64,000 bases of DNA from Thermoleophilia bacterium (GCA_027493445.1 JAOSKU010000001.1:1136715-1200714), one strand, 5' to 3'. Counted from the first letter of the stretch, positions 29,819 to 40,435 are shown. Notes: generated from the letters alone by a model not told the origin. Translations and numbers: made by a program.

Positions 29819-30583
29819 CTACAACCGCACAGGGATGCCCCGGGCGGCCATGTGCTCCTTCGCTTCCCGGATGGTGTACTGCCCGTAGTGGAAGATCGAA
29901 GCGGCCAGGACGGCGTCGGCGCCCCCCTGCTCGACGACCTCCACCAGGTGGTCCAGGTTGCCGGCACCGCCGCTGGCGATCACCGGTACATTCACAGCCT
30001 CGGCCACCACTCGAGTCAGGGCGATGTCATACCCGTCCTTGGTCCCGTCGCGGTCCATTGAGGTCAGCAGCACTTCGCCTGCACCGGCGGCCACCGCCTC
30101 GCGGGCCCAGGCCACCGCGTCCTTGCTTGTGGAGAGCCGCCCGCCGTTCAGGTAGGCCTCCCAGCGGGGAGGATCGACCGAGACTTGCTTGGCGTCGATC
30201 GCGATGACCACGCACTGCGACCCGAAGCGGCGGGCGCAGATGGTCAGCAGCCCCGGATCCTTCAGGGCCGCCGAGTTCAAGCTGACCTTGTCCGCCCCGG
30301 CGTTCAGCAGGGCGCGTACATCGTCTTCGCTTCGGATGCCACCTCCGATGGTGAAGGGGATGAATAGCTCCTCGGCGCAGCGCCGGGCCAGCTCGACGAT
30401 CGTCTCCCGGCGCTCGTGCGAGGCGGTGATATCCAGGAAGACCAGCTCATCGCCGCCCTCCTGATCGTAGCGGGAAGCCAGCTCCACCGGATCGCCGGCG
30501 TCGCGGATGTCCACGAAATTCGTGCCTTTGACGACCCGCCCCTTATCGACGTCGAGGCAGGGGATGATGCGCTTGAGGTGCAC
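29819..30583 (-). CDS. hisF: Imidazole glycerol phosphate synthase cyclase subunit
   Basis: [37 protein letters not shown]. Confidence 0.97.
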   Translation of the reverse strand: MHLKRIIPCLDVDKGRVVKGTNFVDIRDAGDPVELASRYDQEGGDELVFLDITASHERRETIVELARRCAEELFIPFTIGGGIRSEDDVRALLNAGADKVSLNSAALKDPGLLTICARRFGSQCVVIAIDAKQVSVDPPRWEAYLNGGRLSTSKDAVAWAREAVAAGAGEVLLTSMDRDGTKDGYDIALTRVVAEAVNVPVIASGGAGNLDHLVEVVEQGGADAVLAASIFHYGQYTIREAKEHMAARGIPVRL

Positions 30584-30585
30584 GG

Positions 30586-31311
30586 CTACGCCTCGAGGAC
30601 CTGCCGCGCCTCGGCCACGGTAAACCGCCCGTCGTACAGGGCCCGCCCCGCGATGACTCCACTGACGCCCAAGGGTTCGAGCTGCTTGAGGGCGCGCAGG
30701 TCGCTGAGGGTGGTCACCCCGCCGGAGGCGATCAGCTGCAGGTCGGTCGCCTCCGCCATCTGCTTCAGACCGGGGACGTTCACTCCGGTCAGCATTCCGT
30801 CGCGGGCGATGTCGGTGTAGAGGATCTCGCGCACGCCCACGCCACGGAGTCGCTCGGCGAACGTCACGGCGGTCATCCCGCTCTTCTTGAGCCAGCCGTG
30901 GGTGCGCACGTATCCCCCCTCGGCGTCGACCGCCACCACCAGCCGTTCATTCCAGGTGGCCAGGGCACTCTTCAGGAAGACCTCGTCGAGCAAGGCGCTC
31001 GTGCCAATGACCAGTCGAGCCACGGGGCTCCGCCCCACCGTCTCCAGCGCCGCCAGGTCACGGACGCCTCCCCCGAACTGCACGGGCACAGCCACCGACT
31101 CGGCGATGCGCCGGACGATCTCAAAGTTGCGGGGCGCTCCCTCGCGCGCCCCATCGAGGTCGACTACATGCAGGTACTGCGCCCCTTCGGAGACCCAATG
31201 GCGGGCCACCTCCACTGGGTCGTTGCCGAAGACGGTGGCGTCGGTGAAATCGCCGCGGCGCAGCCTGACACAGAGGCCGTTCTGAATGTCGATAGCGGGA
31301 AAGAGTCGCAC
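30586..31311 (-). CDS. hisA: ProFAR isomerase
   Basis: [31 protein letters not shown]. Confidence 0.96.
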   Translation of the reverse strand: MRLFPAIDIQNGLCVRLRRGDFTDATVFGNDPVEVARHWVSEGAQYLHVVDLDGAREGAPRNFEIVRRIAESVAVPVQFGGGVRDLAALETVGRSPVARLVIGTSALLDEVFLKSALATWNERLVVAVDAEGGYVRTHGWLKKSGMTAVTFAERLRGVGVREILYTDIARDGMLTGVNVPGLKQMAEATDLQLIASGGVTTLSDLRALKQLEPLGVSGVIAGRALYDGRFTVAEARQVLEA

Positions 31312-31337
31312 CAGGATCTCCTCCTAGGCCGGTTCGT

Positions 31338-31949
31338 TCAGCCTTGGTACACGCGCCGGGCGAAGTTCTCGTACAGACGCAAGCCAAGGGCGCTGGACTT
31401 CTCCGGATGGAACTGAAAGGCGGCCACGTTGTCGAGCTCGACGCCCGAGACGAAGGTCAGCCCGTACTCCGTGGTCGTCAGCACGTCGGCCGGACGGACA
31501 GGTACCACCACGTAGCTGTGGACGAAGTAGAAGGCGGCGCCGTCGGGGATCCCCTCCGTGAGATCAGAATCCTTCATCGACTCCACCTGGTTCCAGCCGA
31601 TGTGCGGCACCTTCAGGTCGGCGGGCAGGCGGCGCACGTCGCCCCGCACCAGACCGAGGCCCGGCACCCCGGGGCTCTCCTCGCTCCCCTCGAAGAGGAG
31701 CTGCAGGCCGAGACAGACGCCCAGGAAGGGAACACCGGCCGCCACTCGTTCCCCGATCACCTGGGGAAGCCCCCTGCGTTCGAGCTCCTCCATCGCCGCA
31801 CCGAAGGCGCCGACACCAGGCAGGACCAGCCCGGCGGCGTCGCGGATCCGCCCCGGATCGGATCCGACCTGGGCCAGGACCCCCACGTGCTCGAAGGCCT
31901 TCTGGACCGAACGTAGGTTGCCCGAGCCGTAGTCGATGATGTAGAGCAC
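31338..31949 (-). CDS. hisH: Imidazole glycerol phosphate synthase glutaminase subunit
   Basis: DYGSGNLRSV, PGVGAF, GVCLGLQ, FVHSY, QFHPEKS. Confidence 0.96.
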   Translation of the reverse strand: MLYIIDYGSGNLRSVQKAFEHVGVLAQVGSDPGRIRDAAGLVLPGVGAFGAAMEELERRGLPQVIGERVAAGVPFLGVCLGLQLLFEGSEESPGVPGLGLVRGDVRRLPADLKVPHIGWNQVESMKDSDLTEGIPDGAAFYFVHSYVVVPVRPADVLTTTEYGLTFVSGVELDNVAAFQFHPEKSSALGLRLYENFARRVYQG

Positions 31950-31953
31950 GGCG

Positions 31954-32565
31954 CTAGAGCACCCCTTTTGTGGAGGGGACACCGGCGATGCGCGCGTCGG
32001 GGCTCGCGGCCTGAGCCAGAGCTCTGCCGAACCCCTTGAAGATGGCTTCGATCATGTGGTGGGGGTTTCCCCCGGCCAGCATGCGCACGTGCAGGGTGAG
32101 GCGGGCGTTGTTGACCACGGCCTGAAAGAACTCCACCGCCAGGTCGGTGTCGAAGCCACCAACGCTAACATTGGTCAGATTCACATCGTAGACCAGGTGG
32201 GGCCGGCCGCTGAGGTCCAGGGCCACCAGCGCCAGCGACTCGTCCATGGGAAGCAGAAAGCTGCCGTAGCGGGCGATGCCGGCCTTATCCCCCAGCGCCT
32301 GGGCCAGGGCCGTCCCCAGGCAGATTCCTACATCTTCCACCGTGTGGTGGGCGCCGGTCTGCAGATCGCCCTGCGCCCGCACCTCGAGATCCAGGTTGCC
32401 GTGGGCCGAGAGAAGCTCCAGCATGTGATCCAGGAAGCCGATGCCGGTGTCGGCCGCGCACTCGCCCCGCCCATTCAGGGCCAGACGCACGACCACTTCG
32501 GTCTCGCGCGTGCGCCGTTCGACCGTAGCGCTGCGGCGTGCTGAGCCGATACTGTCCACGGACAC
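31954..32565 (-). CDS. hisB: Imidazoleglycerol-phosphate dehydratase
   Basis: RRTRET, GFLDHML, HHTVED, PMDE, NPHH, PSTKG. Confidence 0.96.
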   Translation of the reverse strand: MSVDSIGSARRSATVERRTRETEVVVRLALNGRGECAADTGIGFLDHMLELLSAHGNLDLEVRAQGDLQTGAHHTVEDVGICLGTALAQALGDKAGIARYGSFLLPMDESLALVALDLSGRPHLVYDVNLTNVSVGGFDTDLAVEFFQAVVNNARLTLHVRMLAGGNPHHMIEAIFKGFGRALAQAASPDARIAGVPSTKGVL

Positions 32566-32673
32566 AGTTCCCTCCGCTTCTCGAGGACTTCGTGACAGGC
32601 TCCGCCCCGAACGGGCCGGTGCTGGGAGGATAGCACAGCGGGGCGAATGCTTCCCGAGCGGAAAGTCGTGCCC

Positions 32674-32781
32674 GGATCAGCCCTCGCGCGCGCGCAACTC
32701 GGCCGAGAGCCCTGGTAGAGAGCTGGCACCGACTGGCCAGACAGGATCAGCCCTCGCGCGCGCGCAACTCGGCCGAGAGCC
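32674..32781. repeat. 38-bp exact direct repeat duplicating the hisD 3' end
   Basis: GGATCAGCCCTCGCGCGCGCGCAACTCGGCCGAGAGCC at 32674-32711 and 32744-32781, separated by 32 bp. Confidence 0.9.
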
Positions 32782-34078
32782 GGTGGAACCCGAATCCTTC
32801 GCTGCGGGCGAGGCGGCTCAGATGCGGGGCCAGCCCGTGGACCGCGCCGCCAGTCAGCTCCACCAGGGAGGAGGCCCGCAGGAAGGTATCCACCGACAGC
32901 GGCCCGGCGAAGCGAGCCGAGCCTCCGGTAGGCAGCACGTGGTTGCTTCCGGCCACGTAGTCGCCGAAGGCGGTGGGCGTGCGCTGGCCGAGGAAGATGG
33001 CCCCGGCCGAGGAGATCCGCTCCGCGAAGGCTCTCGGAGCGCTCAGGTGGAGCTCCAGGTGCTCCGGCGCGTAGGCGTTGACCAGGGCGGCCGCCAGGGC
33101 GGACGGATCCTCACCCACGCCCGGGTAGAAGGCGCACAAGGAGTCTTCGGTCCCCGCAGCCCCGAGCGTCTCTGAGGAGACCGACGGCCCAGCGCCCGCA
33201 GAGTCGAGCTCCGCCCGCAGGGAGGCCACGGCCATCTCCACCCGTGCGCAGAAACCCTCCGACCACGCGAAGAGCACCGCTTGAGCCCCGCTGCCGTGCT
33301 CCTCCTGAGCCAGCAAGTCGGCGGCCACCCACTCGGGGCGGGCCTCTTCGTCGGCAACCACCACCACCTCGCTGGGGCCGGCCAGCCCATCGATGCCCAC
33401 CGACCCGAACACCTGCCGCTTCGCTTCCATGACGTACGCGTTCCCCGGACCACAGATGACGTCGGCCCGCCGGATAGACTCAGTACCGTAGGCCATGGCG
33501 GCTACGGCCTGCGCCCCGCCCACCCGGTAGACCTCGCGCACACCCATCAGTCCGGCAGCGGCCAGCACCGACTCGTTTACCCGGCCGTCGCGACCCGGGG
33601 GCGTGCAGATGAAGAGCTCGCGCACCCCGGCCACCTGGGCCGGCACGGTGTTCATGATCACGGTGGAGGCGTAGGATCCCAGGCCTCCCGGTACGTAGAG
33701 GCCGGCCCGTTCCACCGGCAGGTAGCGGATGCCAAGCACCTGGCCAAAAGGCCCCTCCTCGCACCAATCCCGCCGGCGCTCGTGCTGATGGAACCAGACG
33801 CAGTTCTCGCGGGCCACCAGCAGTGCATGGCGCAGCTCGGAGTCCAGCCCAGTCACCGCCGCGTCGATGTCGGTTTCAGGCACGCGCACAGCGCCCGCCG
33901 AGGCCTGGGGCCAGTCGAAGCGGGCGGTCAGCTCGGCCAGGGTGGCGTCGCCGCCGGAGCGTACCTGGGCTACGATCTCGGCGACCGTGCGGGCCACCTC
34001 TTCGCTGCGCTCCTCACCGGGACGCAGCCGGGAGACCTCAGCGGCCACCTCGGCGGCGGTGAGCGGCCGGATGTTCAT
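32747..34078 (-). CDS. hisD: Histidinol dehydrogenase
   Basis: GLYVPGG, GGAQAVAA, GPGNAYV, AGPSE, APEHLE, GDYVAGSNHVLPT. Confidence 0.96.
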   Translation of the reverse strand: MNIRPLTAAEVAAEVSRLRPGEERSEEVARTVAEIVAQVRSGGDATLAELTARFDWPQASAGAVRVPETDIDAAVTGLDSELRHALLVARENCVWFHQHERRRDWCEEGPFGQVLGIRYLPVERAGLYVPGGLGSYASTVIMNTVPAQVAGVRELFICTPPGRDGRVNESVLAAAGLMGVREVYRVGGAQAVAAMAYGTESIRRADVICGPGNAYVMEAKRQVFGSVGIDGLAGPSEVVVVADEEARPEWVAADLLAQEEHGSGAQAVLFAWSEGFCARVEMAVASLRAELDSAGAGPSVSSETLGAAGTEDSLCAFYPGVGEDPSALAAALVNAYAPEHLELHLSAPRAFAERISSAGAIFLGQRTPTAFGDYVAGSNHVLPTGGSARFAGPLSVDTFLRASSLVELTGGAVHGLAPHLSRLARSEGFGFHRLSAELRAREG

Positions 34079-34115
34079 GACCCGTCCGCCATCGGGCTCC
34101 ACGCCACCCGCGGCC

Positions 34116-34763
34116 TCACAACGCCTCCGCCATGGCCGCCCGCAATCGGGCCACCAGCTCCGAGACCTGCACCGCCAGGATCTTGTGAGCCACCCGGTTC
34201 ACGATCATGCGCGTGGTGCTCTCGTACATCTGAAAACGCTCCTCCAGGCGGTTTTCCTTGAGGGTGGTGCCGGTGGAAGTGAGGTCGACGATGCCCTCGG
34301 CCAGGCCGACCAAGGGGGCCAGCTCGATGGAGCCGTGCAGCTTGATGATCTCCGGGCTGATGCCTCGCTCCTGGAAGTACGCCCGCGTGACATTGGGGTA
34401 CTTCGTGGCCACCCGGAAGGTGCCCAGGTGGCGCAGAGCCTCCAGGGAGCGGTCCTCGCCCTCTGGCGTAGCGAAGACCATCCGGCAGCGGCCGCTCCCC
34501 AGGTCAAGCACCTCGTAGACGTTCTTGCCCTGCTCGAGAAGGACGTCTTTGCCCACGAACCCCACGTCCGCGGCTCCATGCTCCACGTAGGTGGGCACAT
34601 CGGTGGGGCGCGTGGTGATGAAGCGGGTACCGTCGGCCGTCTCGAAGATCAGCTTGCGGCTGTTGGCGCGCACCTCGGTGAGGTCGAGGCCGCAGCGCTC
34701 GAGCAGGGCGGCGGTAGGTTCGAAGATGGCCCCGCGGGCGAGCGCGATGCGCAGAGTCTTCAT
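34116..34763 (-). CDS. hisG: ATP phosphoribosyltransferase, short form
   Basis: DVPTYVE, GKDVLLE, VATKYP, GSIELAP, TGTTLKEN; lacks the C-terminal regulatory domain. Confidence 0.95.
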   Translation of the reverse strand: MKTLRIALARGAIFEPTAALLERCGLDLTEVRANSRKLIFETADGTRFITTRPTDVPTYVEHGAADVGFVGKDVLLEQGKNVYEVLDLGSGRCRMVFATPEGEDRSLEALRHLGTFRVATKYPNVTRAYFQERGISPEIIKLHGSIELAPLVGLAEGIVDLTSTGTTLKENRLEERFQMYESTTRMIVNRVAHKILAVQVSELVARLRAAMAEAL

Positions 34764-36132
34764 GCGCCGCCCTCCACAGCGGCGGAGTCGGGGCCGGCCG
34801 CGCCACCGGAACCTGCGGCGGCGCCGGCCTCCTCCCGAACCGTAGTTGCGGCCGGCGCCTCGTGCTCGAAAGCCACGTGGCAGACGACCGCGGGCAGGTC
34901 GTCGGCGGTGCAGGCTTCGCTGACGCCCCCGCGCAGGTCGGTGACCGTCCAGCGCGCACCGTCGGAGCCCGGCACGGGCTCCACCAGCACGGGTATCTCC
35001 TTTTGCCGGGCGAGCCGGGTCAGGATCTCAGGGGGGTCCCGGCCGGCAGGGCGAAGACCTGCACACAGGCCTCGCGAAGCCTGTCGGCCAGAGTCACGTG
35101 CCCATCCAGCGCGCCTACCATGAGGACCGCGGGCTCGGCAGGACCAAAGTCGGTCCCTTGCTCCACCAGAGCTACATGCAGGCGATCGAGCCCCAGACCA
35201 AAGCCCACCGCCGGCATGGGCGCCCCGAAACGCCCCAACAGGTTGTCGTAGCGGCCGCCGCCCCCCAGGGTGAAGCCCATGCCGGGAGCGTAGATCTCGA
35301 AGACCAGGCCGGTGTAGTACTCCAGGTTGCGGAAGATCCCGAAGTCGAAGAGCAGCCGGTCGCCGTAGCCGTAGGCGGTCAGAGCCTCCTGCATAGCCCG
35401 CACGTGATCGAGAGCCGCCTGCATGGCCGTGCTGCGGACGTAGCCGGCGGCCGAGTCGAGCGCCGCCGCCCCATCACGCAGCTCCGGGACCTCGAGCAAC
35501 GCCCGCCGGTCGTCGTCGTCCAAACCGGGGGCCTGCTCCACGGCCAGGCGAAAGCCCACCAGATCCTTGGCCACCAAGTCGCCCATGAGCCGCCGCGCGA
35601 GCTCCGGCCCCAGGCCCAGAGCGTTCACGAGCTCGGTGAAGAAGGCTACCTGCCCCACGCCTACTCGGAATCCCCGTAGGCCGGCGCGCTCCAGGCAACG
35701 ACAGGCGACGGCGATCACCTCCGCGTCGGCCTCGGGCAGACCGGACCCCAGCAGCTCGATGCCCGCCTGCCGGAACTCGCTGTCCTGACCTCTCTGCGAC
35801 GCCGTGCGCCTGAAGACATTCGATACGGTGAAGACCCGGTGCGGCAGCACTCCCCCGCGCAGCCGACTCCCCACCACCCGGGCGATGGGCGTGGTCAAAT
35901 CGGGGCGCAGGATGAGCACCTTGCCGGCCTCGTCCAGCAGGCGGAATCCGGTGAGAAAGGCCTGCTCCTCGGAGAGGGCCAGCACCTCCTCGTACTCAAG
36001 CACCGGAGTCCAGACCTCGCCGTAGCCGAACTCGCCGAAGACGGTCCGTACGGCGTCTTCGATGAGACGCAGCTCGGCCGCCTCGGTGGGCAGCACGTCC
36101 TTGGTCCCGGGGGGTGTACGCAACAGAGCCAT
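34760..36132 (-). CDS. hisZ: ATP phosphoribosyltransferase regulatory subunit (apparent frameshift near 35033)
   Basis: PPGTKD, LRPDLT, EFRQAGIEL, YYTG, GGGRYD, AVGFG; adjacent to short hisG. Confidence 0.92.
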
Positions 36133-36138
36133 GGATGC

Positions 36139-36702
36139 CTATGGTAACGCATGAACGGCCGGGGGGGTGCTTGGCCGGTGCCGATTGCCGCCCGGGGTTG
36201 CACCGACTGAGCGCCGCCGTGCTCCTCGGAGCGCCGTGTTGAGCTTGGTCCGGCCATAGCCGTGCCGGCAGACGATGAAGGCCTCCCTGCCCGCGAGGGC
36301 GAACTCGTCTTCGTCGGCGTTCGGGCTGGGAACTTCGTCCAGACCGGCGCGCTCGGGTGCCCCGGCGAGAAAAGTCACGTGCAGGCTCGCCGGGTCCTCT
36401 CCCCTCTTCAAGAAGGGGTTGTTGTCGACGATTCGCTGGAGCTCATCGGAGCTCCGGACGATCACTCTGACCGAGACCCCGAGAGTGACCGCGATGGCCG
36501 CCTCGATCCGCTCGCCGAGGGCAGATTCCTCCTCGGAAGCGGCGCTCGCGAAGACCACGTTGCCGCTCTGGACGTAGGTGGTCACTCGCGTGAAGCCCAG
36601 CCCCTCGTAGAGTCCGCGCAGGTCGTCCATGCGGACCCTTTTCTGTCGACCGACATTGATGCCGCGGAGCATGGAGACATGCACAGCTGCCATCTTCCAC
36701 AT
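36139..36702 (-). CDS. DUF1697 family protein, C-terminus apparently truncated or replaced
   Basis: LRGINVG, TYVQSGNVVF, NPF, GRTKL; the usual T-x-RN ending is absent. Confidence 0.75.
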   Translation of the reverse strand: MWKMAAVHVSMLRGINVGRQKRVRMDDLRGLYEGLGFTRVTTYVQSGNVVFASAASEEESALGERIEAAIAVTLGVSVRVIVRSSDELQRIVDNNPFLKRGEDPASLHVTFLAGAPERAGLDEVPSPNADEDEFALAGREAFIVCRHGYGRTKLNTALRGARRRSVGATPGGNRHRPSTPPAVHALP

Positions 36703-36905
36703 CTTCAGCCCAGGAGTCCCTCTGACTACCCATCATACATGCGCGACATTCCCCGACCGCCGCCGGCCGCGACCCCTGTGTCCGCATACCAGGGGGGCGG
36801 AGAGCCGACCGGAAGAGAAGGGGTCGAGAAGCGAAGAGCCGGACGATCCCCGCGGGGGGACCACCCGGCTCTTGACCGCTCGCGAGAGCGGGCTCCGTGG
36901 AGACG

Positions 36906-36951
36906 TGCCCAGCGCACCCCGGTGGCCGGGGCTTCGTTTTTCAACGGGCTC
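36906..36951. repeat. Isolated right end of the MITE-like repeat (copy 4)
   Basis: GCCCAGCGCACCCCGGTGGCCGGGGCTTCGTTTTTCAACGGGCTC matches the right end of copy 1; abuts the csp stop codon. Confidence 0.7.
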
Positions 36952-37155
36952 CTAGAGAGCGCGCACCTGCGTAGCCTGCTGCTTGCCGTTCTTCCCAGTG
37001 GCCTCCGTAAAGGAGACGGCCTGACCTTCATCGAGGGACTTGAAGCCCTCGGTCTGGATCTCGGAGAAATGGACGAAGAGATCCTCGCCGCCCTCCTGCT
37101 CGATGAAGCCGTAGCCCTTGTCGGGGCTGAACCACTTGACCTTACCCTGTGACAT
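36952..37155 (-). CDS. cspA: Cold-shock protein
   Basis: [26 protein letters not shown]. Confidence 0.95.
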   Translation of the reverse strand: MSQGKVKWFSPDKGYGFIEQEGGEDLFVHFSEIQTEGFKSLDEGQAVSFTEATGKNGKQQATQVRAL

Positions 37156-37329
37156 TCGTACCAATCCTTTCGCCCCCTCGGGGCAAAGCAAAACGACGCG
37201 GCCACCGCTTGAAATGCGGTGTGCCACGTCGCAATCCTACGAGCCCCTCTGGCTCGCACGGAGCAAGGTTAGCATATTCCGGGAACGATGTGGTCGATCG
37301 GCGTCGAATCCGGTGGCGCACGCCGCCAG

Positions 37330-37485
37330 TCGTATTGCCGGTCCCGGTGGGCGCATCGTAGGTGAGCGAGATCCGGAAAGAGCCGCCCTCACGGGCAATC
37401 GAACACGTGCACGTGGCCGGTCATGCCGGTCGGCACCATCCAGGTCTGCACCGCGCGCGCATCGACAAGCGCTCGATATACGACC
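37330..37485 (-). pseudogene. SRPBCC/AHSA1-domain fragment
   Basis: Manual translation VYRALVDARAVQTWMVPTGMTGHVHVFD / REGGSFRISLTYDAPTGTG; no start, frameshifted. Confidence 0.6.
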
Positions 37486-37995
37486 TTACGAGGCGCGGAG
37501 CCCGAACGCGGCGGGAAGGGCCTCGGCCCAGGAGCGGATGGCGTCCCAGTCCCGGATGTCGCTGGGCGGGAGCTTCTTCATCGCCGGGTTGTTGTGCGGA
37601 AACCGAAGCCCGGCCGGGTCCAGCCGCCCGCCGAAGACGGCCACCGACACCGGCGAGAACCACGACTTCTTGCCGAGGGCCTTGTCCAGGTGCCGGCGCG
37701 ACCCCTCGTACTCCTCATTCGTGTCGTTGATCGGGCCCAAGCCGAAAACGGCCACGGGGAGACGGCCGATCGTGCGCCGATGGCGGGAGAGAAACTTGCG
37801 TGCATCCCTATGCCAGCGGAAGAAGTAGAGCGCGCCTCCGAGTACGACCGCCGTGTAGCCCTCGAGCGAGTCCACTTCGCGGGCGGCCCTTACCTCTGTG
37901 GGCACTCCGGCCCCCTCGAGCGCCGCGGACACGGCCTCCGCCACTTCCCGTGTCGACCCGTAGCGGGTGGCATACGCCACCAGTACCGAACCCAT
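37486..37995 (-). CDS. Flavodoxin domain protein (HemG-like)
   Basis: VAYATRYGSTREVAE, FGGRLD, DIRDWDAIRSWA. Confidence 0.88.
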   Translation of the reverse strand: MGSVLVAYATRYGSTREVAEAVSAALEGAGVPTEVRAAREVDSLEGYTAVVLGGALYFFRWHRDARKFLSRHRRTIGRLPVAVFGLGPINDTNEEYEGSRRHLDKALGKKSWFSPVSVAVFGGRLDPAGLRFPHNNPAMKKLPPSDIRDWDAIRSWAEALPAAFGLRAS

Positions 37996-38140
37996 CGCGG
38001 CCTCCCTCCTCGCGCGCTCGGAGACACCTCAGTCTGTACCGGAGTGGAGGGCGGGTCAAGGGGCATCGATGGCTCGCCGCTCCTATATCCTTCCAGCGGC
38101 TTCGACGGCAACGAACCGCCTACGAGACCGTGACGTCGCC

Positions 38141-39130
38141 CTACCGCCCTGCGGAGCGGTGGAGCGCGCGGCACCGCTCCTCGAGGCCGGGGTCGCCGAT
38201 ACGCTCGGCCCACGCCTCCAGGCCGGCAGTGGGACCGCGCCACTCGAGTTCGTCCACATCGGAGAAGAGCTGCTCGTCGGCCCGGAGAGTCGCCAAGTCC
38301 TTGAAGAGGAGGGCGAGGCCGCGCTGCTCCCCGAGGGCATCGGACGGGAATGCCTCGATGGGGCCGTGCCGGTTCAGCAGCCCGGCCGCGGTCTTCGGGC
38401 CGATACCGCGGATACCCGGATACCCGTCGGCGGCGTCGCCCACCAGGGCCAGATAGTCGGGGATCAGGGCGGGCTCCACCCCGAACTTACGGCGCACGGC
38501 CGTCTGGTCCCGGATGGTCCCGGTGCGGCTGTCCACCTGCACCACTCGGTCGCCGCGCACGCACTGGGCCAGGTCTTTGTCCGGCGTCCAGATAGAGACC
38601 GTCTCCACGCGCGGATCGGCGGCGGCCAGACGGGCGGCGGCGGCCAGGGCGTCGTCGGCCTCGAGCTCGACCATGGCCCAGACCGCCACGCCCATGGCAA
38701 CAAGGGCCTCCTCCAGGGGCTCGAACTGGGCGAGGATATCCCGCTCCATCCCGGCGCTCGTCTTGTACCCGGGCCAAAGGTCGTTGCGGAACGACTCGAT
38801 CACGTGGTCGGTGGCCACCCCCAGGTGGGTGGCCCCACCCTCCAGCATGCGGAGCACGAAGCGGAGCACGGCCCGCACGGCGTCGAGGTCGACGGCGGCG
38901 CCGGAGTCGGTGGCGGCGCCGGAGTCGGCGGCCGGTGCGGCAGCGCCACGCGGGTTTGCGGCGGCGGGCGCCCCGGCCGCCGACTGAGTGGCCGCCGGGC
39001 CGCGCCCCGGCGGTGCCGGTCCCCGAGCCGCCGAAGTCCGGCCTGCCAGGTCGTCGCGCCTCCGCCCGCGACGCAGCCCGTAGTACTGGCGAAAGAGCTC
39101 GTAGGTGCCGTCGATCAGATGGACGATCAT
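38141..39130 (-). CDS. Stand-alone 5'-3' exonuclease / flap endonuclease
   Basis: HLIDGT, EADD, DKD, LALVGDAADGYPGIRGIGPKTA; low-complexity insert near the N-terminus. Confidence 0.9.
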   Translation of the reverse strand: MIVHLIDGTYELFRQYYGLRRGRRRDDLAGRTSAARGPAPPGRGPAATQSAAGAPAAANPRGAAAPAADSGAATDSGAAVDLDAVRAVLRFVLRMLEGGATHLGVATDHVIESFRNDLWPGYKTSAGMERDILAQFEPLEEALVAMGVAVWAMVELEADDALAAAARLAAADPRVETVSIWTPDKDLAQCVRGDRVVQVDSRTGTIRDQTAVRRKFGVEPALIPDYLALVGDAADGYPGIRGIGPKTAAGLLNRHGPIEAFPSDALGEQRGLALLFKDLATLRADEQLFSDVDELEWRGPTAGLEAWAERIGDPGLEERCRALHRSAGR

Positions 39131-39348
39131 AGGGCCGGGCGCCGTCGCGACGACAGTCCGGCCGTTATGAGCGGCGGCGGGTTCGATGCGAGCGCAGGTC
39201 AGAATCGACCCTCGCACGACATTCGTCGATGTGGTCTCGGGGATATGTCTTCATTCCAAGCATGGCTTTCCACTCCTGTCTGACGCGACGTCGTGGAGTG
39301 TGTATCTCCGCGCAGCATCGGATCTAGGCCTATGGCCATGTCTCTCAC

Positions 39349-39765
39349 TCACCCGCGCAGACTGTCCACAGTGAGGTGGAGGGCGAACACCGACCAAAGA
39401 AGGGCGGCGTCCACCAAAAGCGGCAAGACCGCCCAGCCCGAGAGCCAGACCACCTGCAGCACCATGGACGCGACGGCCCCGGCGACGACGAGGCTCGAGA
39501 ACCACGACGGGGGAACGAGCCAACCCAGGAGCGCGGCGGCGGCCAAGAGGAAGCAGGCGGCTGCCGCGATGCCGAGGAGCGGGGTGAGCGCGTCTCGGAC
39601 GCCACCCGCCCGCAGGAGCGTGCTGGTGTCGGAGAAGAAGGGCCACAGCAGACCACCCCCGACCCACCAGGGCGGAGGGGCCTGACCGGGAGCGGCCGGG
39701 ACGAGCGCGCTCAGATTCACCTGGGCGCCCAGCAGCAGGACCAGGATCGAAACCACCTTACTCAT
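39349..39765 (-). CDS. Small multi-TM membrane protein
   Basis: Four hydrophobic segments; AAGGAG RBS; preceded by an operator. Confidence 0.7.
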   Translation of the reverse strand: MSKVVSILVLLLGAQVNLSALVPAAPGQAPPPWWVGGGLLWPFFSDTSTLLRAGGVRDALTPLLGIAAAACFLLAAAALLGWLVPPSWFSSLVVAGAVASMVLQVVWLSGWAVLPLLVDAALLWSVFALHLTVDSLRG

Positions 39766-39785
39766 GACATCTCCTTTACGTTCTT

Positions 39786-39811
39786 GGAAACTCATGCCAT
39801 TACGAGTTTCC
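39786..39811. promoter_or_regulatory. TetR operator (GGAAACT-N12-AGTTTCC)
   Basis: The same palindrome occurs twice upstream of tetR. Confidence 0.8.
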
Positions 39812-39873
39812 ATAGGGCCTGACAAAGGCCGCGCCTCGACGCGGCCCGAGAGACCGACTTCCCGACCGACCGA

Positions 39874-40413
39874 CTAGCCTACGAACCTCCCGATGCGCTC
39901 GAGCAACTCCGTGTCGCGGTTGTACGAGGGGTCTGCATTCACGAGCAGGAGGTACTCGACGATCATCGCGGCGATCATCTTCTCGACTAGCGACGCATCA
40001 CCGGTCCGGAACTCGCCGACGTCCATCCCGCCCTGCACCAGCTCGCGCAGCAGATCTCCGTTCGCCTTGCGAAACGCATCGGCCGCGACCTCATACTCGC
40101 GGAGCCACTCGTCTTCGGCCGTCTCGTCGATGTGCGCCCTCCCCTGCTCGAGTATGGACCGCACGGCCGTCTCGACCCGCCCCGCGTAGGTCGGCAGCGG
40201 AGCCACCGAGGCCGCGAGCCGCCTCTTCATCTTCTGTGCCTGGCGCGCGACCACGTGTGCGTAGATGTCGCGCTTGCCCTCGAAGTGCACGTAGATCGTC
40301 TTCTTGGAGATCTTCAGTTCGCTGGCGACCTCGTCGAGTGTGGTCCTGGCGTAGCCGCGGCTTTCGACATGCCGCTCGAAGGTCTCGGCGATCCGCTGTT
40401 TCGTTGCGTTCAT
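39874..40413 (-). CDS. TetR/AcrR family regulator
   Basis: GYARTTLDEVASELKISKKTIYVHFEGK. Confidence 0.92.
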   Translation of the reverse strand: MNATKQRIAETFERHVESRGYARTTLDEVASELKISKKTIYVHFEGKRDIYAHVVARQAQKMKRRLAASVAPLPTYAGRVETAVRSILEQGRAHIDETAEDEWLREYEVAADAFRKANGDLLRELVQGGMDVGEFRTGDASLVEKMIAAMIVEYLLLVNADPSYNRDTELLERIGRFVG

Positions 40414-40435
40414 TCGAGGCGACCCGTTTCGTGTT

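Noticed and set aside
32674-32781. 38-bp repeat with 32-bp spacer as a mini CRISPR array
   Set aside because: Only two units, the repeat is hisD coding sequence, and there are no cas genes.
38880-39060. Ala/Pro/Gly-rich insert with short tandem repeats in the 5'-3' exonuclease as an intein or mobile insert
   Set aside because: Low-complexity in-frame linker with no intein terminal motifs.
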